Shown: positions 49,185-61,262, counted from the stretch's first letter. The stretch: 64,000 nt of DNA from Octopus vulgaris (GCA_951406725.2 OX597819.1:42594001-42658000); one strand, 5' to 3'. The notes: generated from the letters alone by a model not told the origin. Program-made: numbers and translations.

Positions 49185-49470
49185 CGTTTCTCACAAACGC
49201 GACTTTGGCTCTGGTGGGTAAGGCTAATTGGTAGTGGATGAAAAATTTTCTATTAGTGGCTTTTCTGTAGAATTTGGTAAATATAGTCTTCCTCTGTGAT
49301 CTTGAGCTGGAAGCTGAGTAGAGAGCGGGTTCCCGATTCGTCTGGATGTTCAATCTCGAATTTGATGTTTATGTTAGGTTTATTGAAGATCTGGTGTATA
49401 TTAATGGCCTAATCCCTTAAGGATATGATGATAAGGATGTCATCAACGTACCTGGAGAAGAAGATGCATG
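49185..49470 (-). mobile_element. Penelope-like RT fragment
   Basis: Minus strand FSRYVDDILII and FYRKATNRKFFIHYQLALPTRAK. Confidence 0.7.
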
Positions 49471-49577
49471 AGTGGCAGGTGTTGAATGCTGTGTGTTCTG
49501 GCTTATCTACATATACAATATACTCTACACAATGCTTCATAGTAGTTATTCCATATATATATATATATATATATGTA

Positions 49578-50901
49578 CTAGCAGTATCGCCCGGCGTTGC
49601 TCGGGTTTGTAAGGGAAATAACTATATAAGCATTTTTAGAGAGTTATAAAAAATAGCAAAAAAATGCATTAAAAATGGAATAAAAGATGATGGTAATTTT
49701 TTTTTAAATCGTTGACTCATCGTAGACATTTTTAGAGAGTTACTTCCCTTATATAATAGCGAAAAATGCATTAAAATGGAAAAAATGATGGTAATTTTTT
49801 TTTTAAATCGTAGACTCATCGTAGACGCTTTCTTAGCCATTTCTGTTTTGGTGTCTTCAAGCCATGAAGTCGTTGTTCTAAAAGAACGCTGGTCTCCTTG
49901 ACAACGCTTTACGACGTTGATTTCCTTACACTCCCTTCCCCACAGCTTCACGAGGGAGGGAAGAAGGGGGAGAAGCAACACAGGTGCCGGTGTGAGTATG
50001 GACGCCAACTCCGCCGCCATCGACACACGAAAAAATATGCGTTAAAAGGGAAAAAAATTACGGTAAATTATTTTTAAAATCGTAGACTCATCGTAGACGC
50101 GCACTAATACCCAGACGGGCTCGATATGAATCACGACTATAAGATACCCGGTTTTGGTTAAACTGCACCGCAAAATGTGGGAGTAGTTAGGAATCTAAAT
50201 CGTAGGAGACAGACACTCACACAACTACAGTTTTATATATATAGACTAGCAGTATCGCCCGGCGTTGCTCGGATTTGTAAGGGAAATAACTATATAAGCA
50301 TTTTTAGAGTTATAGCAAGAAAATGCATTAAAAATGGAATAAAAAATTATGGTAATTTTTTTTTAAATCTTTGACTCATCGGAGACATTTTTAGAGAGTT
50401 ACTTCCCTTATATAATAGCGAAAAAATGCATTAAAATGGAAAAAATGATGGTAAATTTTTTTTTAAATCGTAGACTCATGTAGACGCTTTCTTAGCCATT
50501 TCTGTTTTGGTGCCTTCAAGCCATGAAGTCGTTCTAAAAGAACGCTGGTCTCCTTGACAACGCTTTACGACGTTGATTTCCTTACACTCCCTTCCCCACA
50601 GCTTCACGAGGGAGGGAAGAAGGGGGAGAAGCAACACAGGTGCAACTGTGAGCGTGGACGCCAACTCCGCCGCCATCGACACACGAAAAAATATGCGTTA
50701 AAATGGAATAAAAAATGATGTTAAATTTTTTTAAATCGTAGACTCATCGTAGACGCGCGCTAATACCCAGACAGGCTCGATATGAATCACGACTATAAGA
50801 TACCCGAATTTGGTTAAACTGCACCACAAAATGTGGGAGTAGTTAGGAATCTAAATCGAAGGGGACAGACACTCACACAACTACAGTTTTATATATATAG
50901 A
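49578..50901 (-). mobile_element. Two head-to-tail non-autonomous Helitrons (49578-50245 and 50246-50901)
   Basis: Exact junction ...TATATATATAGA|CTAGCAGTATCGCCCGGCGTTGCTCGG; both carry a ~190-bp GC-richer insert. Confidence 0.85.
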
Positions 50902-51071
50902 TATATCGTGATGTAAATATGCCACTTGAATATGGCTAACCCCTAAGGGTGGATGCTACTGTAGTTTTTAGCCCCAGGAAGACATCTCCTCCAGCTGGCT
51001 ACAGACACACTTTCTGTGCCCTATCAATATTTGCAATGGGAAGCCATCCTTCTCGTCTTCAACTTCTGATA

Positions 51072-51116
51072 CACACGGACCCAAGTTTCAAGGTATTGAC
51101 CTATCATCAGCGTGTG
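51072..51116 (-). ncRNA. Type I minimal hammerhead ribozyme (left arm)
   Basis: CACACG-CTGATGA-TAGGTCAATACCTT-GAAA-CTTGGG-TC-CGTGTG. Confidence 0.75.
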
Positions 51117-51175
51117 ACAATCACAGTTGTCGATAGGAAGGAGGCTCTCTCCTTCCTATCGACAACTGTGATTGT

Positions 51176-51220
51176 CACACGCTGATGATAGGTCAATACC
51201 TTGAAACTCGGGTCCGTGTG
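51176..51220 (+). ncRNA. Type I minimal hammerhead ribozyme (right arm)
   Basis: CACACG-CTGATGA-TAGGTCAATACCTT-GAAA-CTCGGG-TC-CGTGTG; 6-bp stem I, AGGT/ACCT stem II. Confidence 0.78.
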
Positions 51221-51449
51221 TATCAGAAGTTGAAGACGAGAAGGATGGCTTCCCATTGCAAATATTGATAGGGCACAGAAAGTGTGTCTGTAGCCAGCTG
51301 GAGGAGATGTCTTCCTGGGGCTAAAAACTACAGTAGCATCCACCCTTAGGGGTTAGCCATATTCAAATGGCATATTTACATCACGATGTGTTTCTGCTAC
51401 TGTTGATAACTCACTCTGATATTTATCATTATATATATATATATATATA

Positions 51450-51792
51450 AAGGGTAAAGACCCCCTTCGGTCATGAATGACCATGGGATTGCACCTAGAA
51501 AGTTACCCTCCTAGACACAAGTCTGGGCAAGGTTGTTTTATGGAAGACCAGCAGTCGCCCATGCATACCAGCCTCCCCTCTCCATGCCACCAGTGTTATC
51601 CAAGGGAAAGACAAAGGTCGATACAGCTTGGCACCTGTGACGTCGCAACTCATTTCTACAGCTGAGTGAACTGGAGCAACGTGAAATAAAGTGCCTTGCT
51701 CAAGAACACAACACGCAGCCCGGTCCGGGATTCGAGCTCACAACCTCACGATCGTAAGCCCGACGCTCTAACCACTGAGCCATGCGCCTTCA
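51450..51792 (-). mobile_element. tRNA-derived SINE (V/Meta-like), full length
   Basis: Reverse complement GAAGGCGCATGGCTCAGTGGTTAGAGCG...CTCGAATCCC...GTGTTGTGTTCTTGAGCAAGGCAC. Confidence 0.85.
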
Positions 51793-51994
51793 CATATATA
51801 TATATATATATACATATACATACATACACACATGTAAATAGATAAGTAATGGATTGAACAACATTTATTTTATTTAAAACCACTACAATTGTTTTACACT
51901 TGTAATATATTGGTAAGATATTTTTAATATGTTGTGTAAATTACAATCATTCATCAAAGGTGCAAGATGTATTTCTTCAGGTGATTGTTTCAAA

Positions 51995-53445
51995 TCTTCA
52001 TGGGAAGTTCCGAGGATCTTCTAACTTACTGGAAATTTGGTCGAAAACTTCCTGGGAAGTTCCGAAGATTTTCTAACTTCCGGGAAATTTTGTCGAAAAC
52101 TGCATGGGAAGTTCCGAGGATTTTCTAACTTCAGGGAAGTTTGGTCGAAAACTGCATTGTAAGTTCCGGGAAATTTGGTCGTGAACTCCATGGGAAGTTC
52201 CGAGGATTTTCTAACATCCGGCAAGTTTGGTTGAAAACTGATTGGGACGTTCGAAGGATTTTGTAACTTCCGGGAAGTTTGGTCGAAATCTTCCTGGGAA
52301 GTTCCGAAGATTTTCAAACTTCCTGGAAAATTCGGTCGAAGACTTCCTAAGAGGGGCAGGGTCAATCCATAATATTACATGACATGTCAGGAATTCGGCA
52401 GAAGGGCAGATTCAACCCATTACGTTACATGACATGTTGGGGGATTCGCCATTAATGTAGTGTTATGGATTTGAACTGCCCCTCTGGTGGAATTTTCAAA
52501 GGATTTTCATGAAAATTTTGAAAAACTTTTCAAAGAACTTATAGACTATATAGGCATCCCTGGACCTATATAGCCTACACAGGCACCCCTGCACCTCTAT
52601 AGCCTATATGGGCCTATATAGCTACTCCTGTGCCTATGTAGGATTTTGGTGAATATTTTGAAAAACTTTTCAAAAGATTTTGATGAAAATTTTGAAAAAC
52701 TATATAGCCTATATAGGCACACTTGGGCCTATATTGCAATACCTGCACCAATATAGATTCTGATGCACATTTTGAAAAAATTTTCAAAGGTATTTGATTA
52801 AAATTTTGAAAAACATTTCAAAGGATTTTGAAATGCTTTTTAAAATTTTCATCAAAATTCTTTGAAAAGGTTTTCAAAATTTCCATCAAAATTCTATATA
52901 GGTGCTGGAGATGCTATACAGGCCCAGATGCTATATAGGACAAAAGGTTTCTATATAGTTTAGAAAAATTTTCATCAAAACCCTTTGAAAAATTTGTTCA
53001 AAATTCTTCAAATTCTCACCAAAATCTATATAGGCACAGGAGTTCCTATATAGTCCTAGGGGTGCCTATATAAGCCAAGGGCTGTCTATAGGCTTAGTGG
53101 TGCCTATAAAGTTTTTCAAAATTTTCATAAAAATCCTCTGAAAAGATTTTTTTAATTTTCACCAAAATCCTATATAGGCACAGGAGATGCTATATAGGCC
53201 CAGGGATGCTTATATAGATTATATAGACCAAAGGGTGCCTATATAGGCTATATAGGACCAGGGGCTTCTATATAGTTTTGAAAAATTTTCATCAAAACCC
53301 TTTAAAATTTTTCAAAATATTTTGAAAAGTTTTTGAAAGTTTCCATCAAAAATTTGTTCAAAATTCTCACCAAAATCTATATAGAGGCAGGAGTTGTTAT
53401 ATAGACCCTGCAATACATATATAGGCTATATATGCTCTGGGGTTT
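51995..53445. repeat. Minisatellite blocks: ~52-bp GGGAAGTTCCGAGG unit (51995-52345), then TTTTGAAAA/GCCTATATAG units in opposed orientations (52490-53445)
   Basis: GGGAAGTTCCGAGGATTTTCTAACTTCCGGGAAATTTGGTCGAAAAC repeated; orientation flips near 52830. Confidence 0.75.
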
Positions 53446-54163
53446 CCATTATTTTCTTTTTTGTTTAACATATTTTACAATATTCACATTCTTTTGTTAC
53501 AGTTGTAATTTTTCCACAATTGGAGAAAAAGTACCCCAATAGAAAGTTTAAACATTTACTTGTTCAAATAGGTAAGCAATATAGGTTTTGAACTAACATA
53601 AATGCGCGACTCATTTTTTTTAATTCCAAGTTTCATTTTGTAGAAAAACAAGCACTTTCAGTTGTAAAAAAAAAATGAACACTTTAATTTCACTTTTTGT
53701 CACAGTAAACCTCATTTTCGAGAAATTTCTCTGAAAGACATCTTTGCAGAAAGGTGAGTATATTAATCGCATATTTCTTTCATTATTTTGAAATTTTGAA
53801 ATGCCAATTTTCTTTTAGGGATTCGGAATCTCTGGAAGCCGAAAACGTGGGTTTCTGTAAAAAAAAAAAAACTGGAAGTGGGTGTGGTTACAGTTCGCCT
53901 TGCCCATGAAATGTGCAATCCCATTTTCGATTTGATGGTGGTCTCGCTAGGGGTCACTCTAATTTCTAAGAAAATAAGGGTCTGTTTTATTAGAAATAAA
54001 GAGAAAGAGGGCTTATTTGTCATTCTTCCAATTTTCCCGGCAAAGAAAGGTCACATGCAACATGTGTCTCATCGAAAACCAGAAACACTGGAAGCAGTAA
54101 TAATTTAAAGGTATTTTAGAGACAATTTATTTTAACAATTTTCTGTTAGTAAATGTTTTTCTC

Positions 54164-55100
54164 CGATCTTTACCTTTTGACCTACAGATTTAAAAAATAA
54201 TTTTTTGTAACTAAACACTTTCAAACTTCATATATTGGTAGAATGTGTCACATAAAACATTGTTTACTCTTGGCATTGTTGAGAAAAATTTGGAATTTGG
54301 AAGTTATTTGTTGTTAAAGTTATCGTATTTCAGTAATTTCAACCAATCAATGACGTCTATTGAGGTGAATACAATTACTGCTGTTGTTTATCAACAAGAA
54401 GTTCCAGCGGTGTATATTTCGTTTGAGATACACGTGTGTATTTTCATTTAGTTTTAGCGTTTCAGTTTATTTTGTTTATTTTGTGTGTAGATATTGTTTG
54501 AATTTTAAATTACTCATTTGGAAAATGAGTAGTCTAGGCAAGTTGTTTGAAGTAATAAAAACGGAGGAGGATGCGGAGACGTACTTGGCAAAGGTATTAT
54601 ACCCTGTACTAAAAATTGTAGAAATGGGCACTTGATGAAAAAGAAATTGGGGGATAAGAATATTTACTGGCGGTGTAGTCGCAAAAGTTGCAGTCAGAGA
54701 GTGTCTGTCCAAAAGGGGACATGGCTAGAAGGTACCACACTTCTTCTGCGGACTATAGTCATTTTTTTGTACTCTTGGATCAAGGAACTGACTACAGTGC
54801 GTTATTGTGTAGAAGAACTGGGGATGAGCCACAATGCAGCTGTGGATTATAACAGTTATGTGCAAGAAATATGCGCACATGACTTGCTCATGAACCCAGT
54901 TGTAATAGGTGGTCCTGGGAAGATTGTTGAGATAGATGAAACAGTCTTCTCTAAGAGAAAGCATAATCGAGGAAGGTTGCTACCTCAGCAATGGGTATTC
55001 GGAGAAGTGCAGTACCTTGTTGGAATCGCGACACACTCAAGGAATGCATCCGCCGCTCAGTCCTCCTAGGTACCACAATATTTGGTGAACTGTGGAAAAA
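54164..55100 (+). mobile_element. Merlin DNA transposon 5' part with defective IS1595/ISXO2-type transposase (ATG at 54525)
   Basis: Zn-ribbon-like WRCSRKSCSQRVS..GTWLE; IGGPGKIVEIDETVFSKRKHNRGR..QQWVFG; later GTTIFGELW relic; leader begins GATCTTTACCTTTTGA like the MITE TIRs. Confidence 0.85.
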
Positions 55101-56190
55101 TGCTTAGCGACATTTCATCTGTCTTTATGTTCTGAGTTCAAATTCTGCTCAGGTTGACTTTGCTTTTGATCCTTTCAGGGTCAATAAAATAAGTACCAGT
55201 TGAACACCGGGGGGGGGGCAATGTAGTCAACTTAACCTTGCCACCCGGGCTTGCTGGCCCAGTGCCAAAATTTGATGGCACATAAAAAGCACCATTTGAG
55301 TATGGTCAATGCCAGTGCTGCCTGACTGGCACCCGTGCTGGTGCCCCGTTAAAAGCACTATTTGAGTATGGTTGATGCCAGGGCCGTCTGACTGGCTCCC
55401 ATGCTGGTGGCACATAAAAAGCACCATTCAAGCATGGTCAATGCCAGTGTTGCCTGACTGGCCCTGTGTTGGTGGCAGATAAAAAGCACCCACTACACTC
55501 TCAGAGTGGTTGGCATTTAGAAGGGCATCCAGCTGTAGAAACCTTGCTAGAAAGGCGGCGAGCTGATAGAAATGTTAGCACACCAGGGAAAATGCTTAAC
55601 AGTATTTTGTCTGTCTTTACGTTCTGAGTTCAAATTCCGCCGAGGTCAACTTTGCCTTTCATCCTTTCAGGGTCAATAAATTAAGTACCCGTTACACACT
55701 GGGGTCGAAGTAATCAAATTAATCTCTTTGAATAAAGAAATAAGAAACCTTGGCAGATCAGATTGGAGCCTGGTGCAGCTTCCTGGCTTGTCAGTCCTCA
55801 GTCAAACTGTCCAACCCACGCCAGCATTGAAAGCAGACGTTAAACAATGATGATGATGATTAAATAACCAGTTGAGTACTGGGATCAATGTAATCACTTA
55901 TTCTCTCCTGCAAAATTTCCATTAGTAGAAATAACTGTTGTTGTTGTTTTGAACACTGCTCACTTTAAATAAAATGACTTCAAATTTTGGCACAAGGCCA
56001 GGAGGTTTGGGTGAGGGGTAAGTTGATTACATCAACCCCAGTGTTCAACTGGTACTTATTTTATCAACCTCAAAAGGAGGAAAAGCAAAGTGGACCCCGC
56101 TGGAATCTGAACTCAGAATGTGAAGTCAGAAGAAATGTCGCTAAACATTTTCACTGGCATGCTAATGACTTTGCCAGCTCACTGCCTTAA
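55100..56190. mobile_element. Nested cluster of Nin-like SINEs and an RTE 3' UTR/tail
   Basis: GGCACATAAAAAGCACC repeats and ..GACGTTAAACAATGATGATGAT tail, interrupted by a SINE at ~55552-55740. Confidence 0.7.
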
Positions 56191-56236
56191 ACTTCAGACT
56201 AAAAAAAAAAAAAAATAATAATAATAAATGTGTTGT

Positions 56237-56642
56237 CAGGAGTGGCTGTGTGGTAAGTAGCTTGCTAACCAACCACATGGTTCCGGGTTCAGTCCCACTG
56301 CGTGGCATCTTGGACAAGTGTCTTCTGCTATAGCCCCGGGCCGACCAATGCCTTGTGAGTGGATTTGGTAGACGGAAACTGAAAGAAGCCTGTCCTATAT
56401 ATGTATATATATAGATGTATGTGTGTGTGTGTTTGTGTGTCTGTGTTTGTCCCCCTAGCATTGCTTGACAACCGATGCTGGTGTGTTTACGTCCCCGTCA
56501 CTTAGCGGTTCGGCAAAAGAGACCGATAGAATAAGTACTGGGCTTACAAAGAATAAGTCCCGGGGACGATTTGCTCGACTAAAGGCGGTGCTCCAGCATG
56601 GCCGCAGTCAAATGACTGAAACAAGTAAAAGAGTAAAGAGAG
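56237..56642 (+). mobile_element. OR-type CORE-like SINE, full length
   Basis: AGGAGTGGCTGTGTGGTAAGTAGCTTGC...GCCGCAGTCAAATGACTGAAACAAGTAAAAGAG. Confidence 0.88.
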
Positions 56643-56850
56643 TCACATCTTCTACATAAATTTTTAAAATGTAAATTTTAAAAAGTGTTTATGTATTTTA
56701 ACCTATAAAATATAAATAAATTAAACTTAAGATCACAAGTACTTACTTGTTTATCTTCATTCAAAGACAATAAACAATGATAAAACATGAAACACTATCC
56801 TATTTTGAATTTCATGTTTAACACATTTATAATCATGTATACATACATAT

Positions 56851-57205
56851 AAGAAAATGAGATGACAAAGGAATAAATGGTTATTTTATGAACTCCATTA
56901 GCTTACAGCTGTCTCTGCTGTAAGATGCATTCAGCTCATAGTTGAGTGCCTGAGTAACACCTTATAGCTTCATCTGAGTTTCAAATTTGAGTCCACTGCA
57001 TCTTATAGCAGAAACAGCGCCAAGCTAATGAAGGTCATGAGATAATTATTAATTCCTTTGTCATTTCATTTTCTTGTTACCATTCTAAACTCAACTTATG
57101 CTTAGTCTTGAAGCATAAGTATATTGAGTTCTACACCAGGTTATTAGCCTCACAATGCCTAAGTGAAATAGTAAAATGGAAGAGTTCTAACAACTAATAA
57201 TCCTT
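56851..57205. repeat. Degenerate palindrome (56851-57075) plus tail; pLTR-like with partial hammerhead (stem II, GAAA, CAGC)
   Basis: AAGAAAATGAGATGACAAAGGAAT...TAAGATGCA mirrored by TGCATCTTATAGCAGAAACAGC...ATTCCTTTGTCATTTCATTTTCTT. Confidence 0.65.
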
Positions 57206-57249
57206 TGACATTCATTCATTCATACATACATACACTTGTATACATGCTG

Positions 57250-57820
57250 CTTCTGGCAGCTCAAGGAATAACAGAGGAATTCAAGACAGACTGCCCCTGG
57301 GAGCTTCTCTATGCTGATGACCTTGCTCTAATAGCTGAGTCACTACCAGAACTGGAGAAGCTTCAGGTGTGGAAGCAAGGTCTAGAATCGAAGGGACTTA
57401 GAGTCAATCTAGCAAAAACCAAAGTTTTAGTGAGTAGGAAGGCAGACAAATCACAAATCCCTTCAGGTAGATAGTTTTTGTGTGTGGAAGATGTGCAGAG
57501 ACAATAAACACCAAAGATGTACAGAAAACAGATTTCATCACATGCTAGGGGGAAAGAAAGCACCCTTCAATTGTCAGGCAATATGCTGTGCTTGCGAAGA
57601 CCTGTTGAGTCAAGTGAAATCGTTGTTTTGGCCAATGCCAGGGCCATCTGATTGGCACCTGTGCCAGTGGCATATAAAAAGCAGCATTCGAGCTTGATCA
57701 ATGCTAGTGCTGCCTGACTGGTCCTCATGCTGGTAGCACTTAAAAAACACCCACTACACTCTAGAAGTGGTAGGTATTAGGAAGGGCATCCAGCTGTAGA
57801 AACCTTGGCAGAACAGATTA
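57250..57820 (+). mobile_element. Internally deleted RTE LINE fragment plus 3' UTR
   Basis: ITEEFKTDCPWELLYADDLALIAESLPELE...RVNLAKTKVL. Confidence 0.85.
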
Positions 57821-58582
57821 AACTCCATTTAATTGAACAATGCAATCATTACATCAATTTAAAATGCAGAGCAATCTTCAGCTGCACAAAGACATAGAAT
57901 TTGATTAAATTAGAACAGATGGACACATTAGTATAATTATACCTAAAATGTCCAAGAAGTTAAGGAGAAAGACAAAGAACATGTTGGCTTCACTCCAGCA
58001 TAGAAATTACTAAGTTATCAAGAAGATATACATTGTTACAGACTCTGCCTGTCACTGATTTTTTTGTTTTTATGGGGTCAGTTTTAATTTATAGACTAGT
58101 TTATCAAATCCTTGTATAACTAAGGCTGAGAGAACAAAGGGTAGTATCTGTTGAGAGTAGGGCTGAGGGAGCAGACAGAAATCATTTCAGCCCTACTCCT
58201 AACAGATACTACCCTTTGTTCTCTCAGCCTTAGTTATACAAGGATTTGATAAACTAGTCTATAAATTAAAACTGACCCCATAAAAACAAAAATCAGTGAC
58301 AGACATGTCTGTAACAATGTAGATCTTCTTGATAACTTAGTAACTTCTATGCTGGAGTGAAGCCAGCATGTTCTTTGTCTATCTCCTTAACTTCTTGGAT
58401 ATTTTAGGTATAATTATAATAATGTGTCTATCTGTTCTAATTTAGTTAAATTCTATGTCTTTGTGCAGCTGAAGATTGCTCTGCATTTTAAATTGATGTA
58501 ATGATTGCATTGTTCAATTAAATGGAGTTGCATGAAACAATCGTACTGCATTACCTCTGGATATCCTTGTTGCTTATTTTGA
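57821..58582. mobile_element. ~710-bp palindrome (57821-58529) plus tail; inverted pLTR pair with hammerhead
   Basis: ~345-bp arms with scattered mismatches; 20-nt loop at 58167-58186. Confidence 0.85.
58464..58550 (+). ncRNA. Type I hammerhead ribozyme with long stem II
   Basis: TGCAG-CTGAAGA-TTGC...GCAT-GAAA-CAATCG-TA-CTGCA. Confidence 0.7.
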
Positions 58583-59729
58583 TATATATATATATTTGTG
58601 TGTGTATGTATGTATATAAGTTATATAATATATTGTATGAATGATGACAGTTGCATCAAAAGGTGCTGATCTCTAATTCTGGAGGGAACGACCAAGGAAG
58701 AGATGAGAAGTGGTGAGAAAGGATCTTCAGATATTGAATCTCACATAGGGGATAGCAGGAGACCGATACTCTTGGCAGTTTACTGTGCTTGAAAAGACAT
58801 GTCAAGCTAAATAAAATCAGGGTTGTCTTTGCATACAGGCATGTCTCCTGCGTCCCTCCTCAGCTGAGCGTTCCTAATCTTTGTGGGATCATGGGTGCTG
58901 GTGCCATCTAAAGAGCACCCATACCAGTACTGCATAAACAGCTCACAGTACTCTCTGTAAAGTTATTGGCATTAGGAAAGACATCCAACCATAGAAACCA
59001 TGCCGAAACAGACATGGTTTCTTCAGCTGGCCTGCTCATGTCCAACCCATGCCAGCATAGAAAACAGACGTTAAATGATGATGATGATGTATTACATAAA
59101 TACATTTTATTCAGAATTTTAGTTTGTATTTTTTCCGCACTTTAATATAATTTCATTATTCATTTTCAAGCACCCACTACACTCACGGAGTGGTTGGCGT
59201 TAGGAAGAGCATCCAGCTGTAGAAACACCGCCAGATCAGACTGGGCCTGGCTTCCCAGACCCCAGTTGAACCGTCCAACCCATGCTAGTATGGAAAACGG
59301 ATGTTAAACGATGATGATGATGACTACAGTAGCAAGTTGGCAGAAGCGTTAGCACACTGGGCAAGATGCTTAGTAGCATTTTACTGACTTTACGTTCAGA
59401 GTTCAAATTCTGCCATGGTCAACTTTGCCTTTCATCCTTTTGGAGTTGGTGAAACGAGTACCAGCTGAGCACTAAGGTCAATATAATGGACCAACCCCAT
59501 CCCACAAAATTTCAGGACATGTGCATGTAAAAGAAATGATCATCTATTTTCACTGTATGTGCTGTAAGCATGACTGTGTGGCTTAGAAAGAAGTTCACTT
59601 TGCAGCAGGTTCAATCCCACTGCTCAGCAACTTGGTTAAATATCTTCTACTATAATCTCTAAACTGACCAATGCTTTATGAATAGAATTAACAGAGAGTA
59701 ACTGCATGGAAGCTCTCTCTCCATGTATC

Positions 59730-59880
59730 TACATGGAGCAGGTGAAGTCATAGAAATTCTCTAACAACCACTCCTGACTCTTTCCAGAGGTATGGCAAGG
59801 AGCTGAATCTTGATGCCACATACAGCCTTCTAGCAGCTTCACATAGCCATCTGAATTGAGTGCAAGGCCCTGTTCATCAA
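59730..59880 (-). mobile_element. Tc1/mariner transposase fragment
   Basis: MWHQDSAPCHTSGKSQEWLLENFYDF, a QD.AP.H motif around the second catalytic Asp. Confidence 0.65.
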
Positions 59881-60904
59881 TTGTTGGATGAATTCCAGTG
59901 TTTGGATGCATTCAGAAGTACTCCTGCAGTTGCCTCACCGGGAAGATAACATTGGTGGTGCTTCTAGACAAATCCAAACAGCATCTCATCTATGCTCTGT
60001 TCCTAATTAATTGAGCTACGACCCTTTCTGTAACTTTCATCACCTGATCCAGCCTTTGAAGCCTCTATAATCATTTGTTTAAGGCATCACTTTTGCCTTT
60101 GTAGCAGTTGACTATAATGCTGCAACACCAGTCATTGGGTATGACTCTCTCACGGACAAGCATAAGCATGGAAAGAAGTTTGCTTCCCAACCACGATTCA
60201 TCCCATTGCATAGCACCATGTGCAAATATCTTCTACTATAGCCCCAGGCCTACCGAAGCATTGTGAGTGGATTTGGTAGACAGAAACTGAAATTCCCCTT
60301 GTCTTGATATTCTTTTCTACTCTAGGCACAAAGCCTGAAATTTTGGGGGGAGGGGGCCAGTCAATTAGATCGACCCTAGTACACAACTGGTACTTAATTT
60401 ATTAACCCTGAAAGGATGAAAAGCAAAGTTGACCTCGGTGGAATTTGAACTCAGAATGTAAAGATAGACGAAATACCAAGCATTTCACTTGGTGTGCTAA
60501 CATTTCTGCCAGCTCACTGCCTTCTCCTTGTCTTGATAATGTGATAGTTGTAAAACATATATCAGTCTTACAAGCAGTGTCATTCATTTCAAGTATTCTG
60601 CAAAAAACATACCAGCTCAGGGGAAAATGTTACCTTGCCTGGAAACAGGTGAGAGTAGACAACATCCAACAGTAGAAAATCTACTTCAAAAAAAGATTCC
60701 AGCCAACCCATGCAAGCATGAAGATGTGAAAAAGATGATAATAAATGGGGTATTACAGTAGTTCTCAATATTAGACAGGATGGTCACAGTTGGAACGTCT
60801 TTCTGGTATTTCTTTTTAATGCAGTGAAATTTAAGTAAATCTCATAACAGTTATATTTTGACATTTCTGTTACAGTTTTCCCTTTCACTTCTGAAGCTTT
60901 CTAA

Positions 60905-61262
60905 CATCATCATCATCGTTTAACGTCCGTTCTCCATGCTAGCATGGGTTGGACGGTTCGACCGGGGATCTGGGAAGCCAGAAGGCTGCACCAGGCTCCA
61001 GTCTGATCTGGCAGTGTTTCTACAGCGGGATCCCCTTCCTAACGCCAACCACTCCGTGAGTGTAGTGGGTGCTTTTTACGTGCCACCTGCACAGGTGCCA
61101 GGCGAGGCTGGCAACGGACATGATCGAATTGGTGCATCTTATGTGCCACCGGCACGGAAGCCAATCAAGGAGGCACTGGCATCGGCCATGATTCAGATGG
61201 TGCTTTTTACGTGCCACCGGCACGGAAGCCAGTCTAGGCGGCGCTGGCATTGGCCACGTTAG
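60905..61262 (-). mobile_element. RTE 3' UTR/tail
   Basis: Reverse complement of 17230-17549. Confidence 0.85.

Larger units (their letters stand above)
50905..51430. mobile_element. 483-bp near-perfect palindrome (50905-51387) plus tail; inverted Penelope-type pLTR pair
   Basis: Arms differ at about 2 positions; 7-nt loop GGCTCTC; flanked by (TA)n; each arm holds a hammerhead motif. Confidence 0.85.

Noticed and set aside
50949-51343. Two nearly identical 78-aa ORFs on opposite strands
   Set aside because: A by-product of the palindrome with no protein features
51700-51792. tRNA-like sequence (also the heads at 2887, 48098, 56237 and others)
   Set aside because: These are tRNA-derived SINE heads continuous with SINE bodies; no complete cloverleaf is evident
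52021-52365. 114-aa repetitive ORF
   Set aside because: Translation of the minisatellite
54525-55069. Bacterial IS1595 contamination or recent horizontal transfer
   Set aside because: Embedded among host SINEs, degraded, and linked to resident MITEs; fits eukaryotic Merlin
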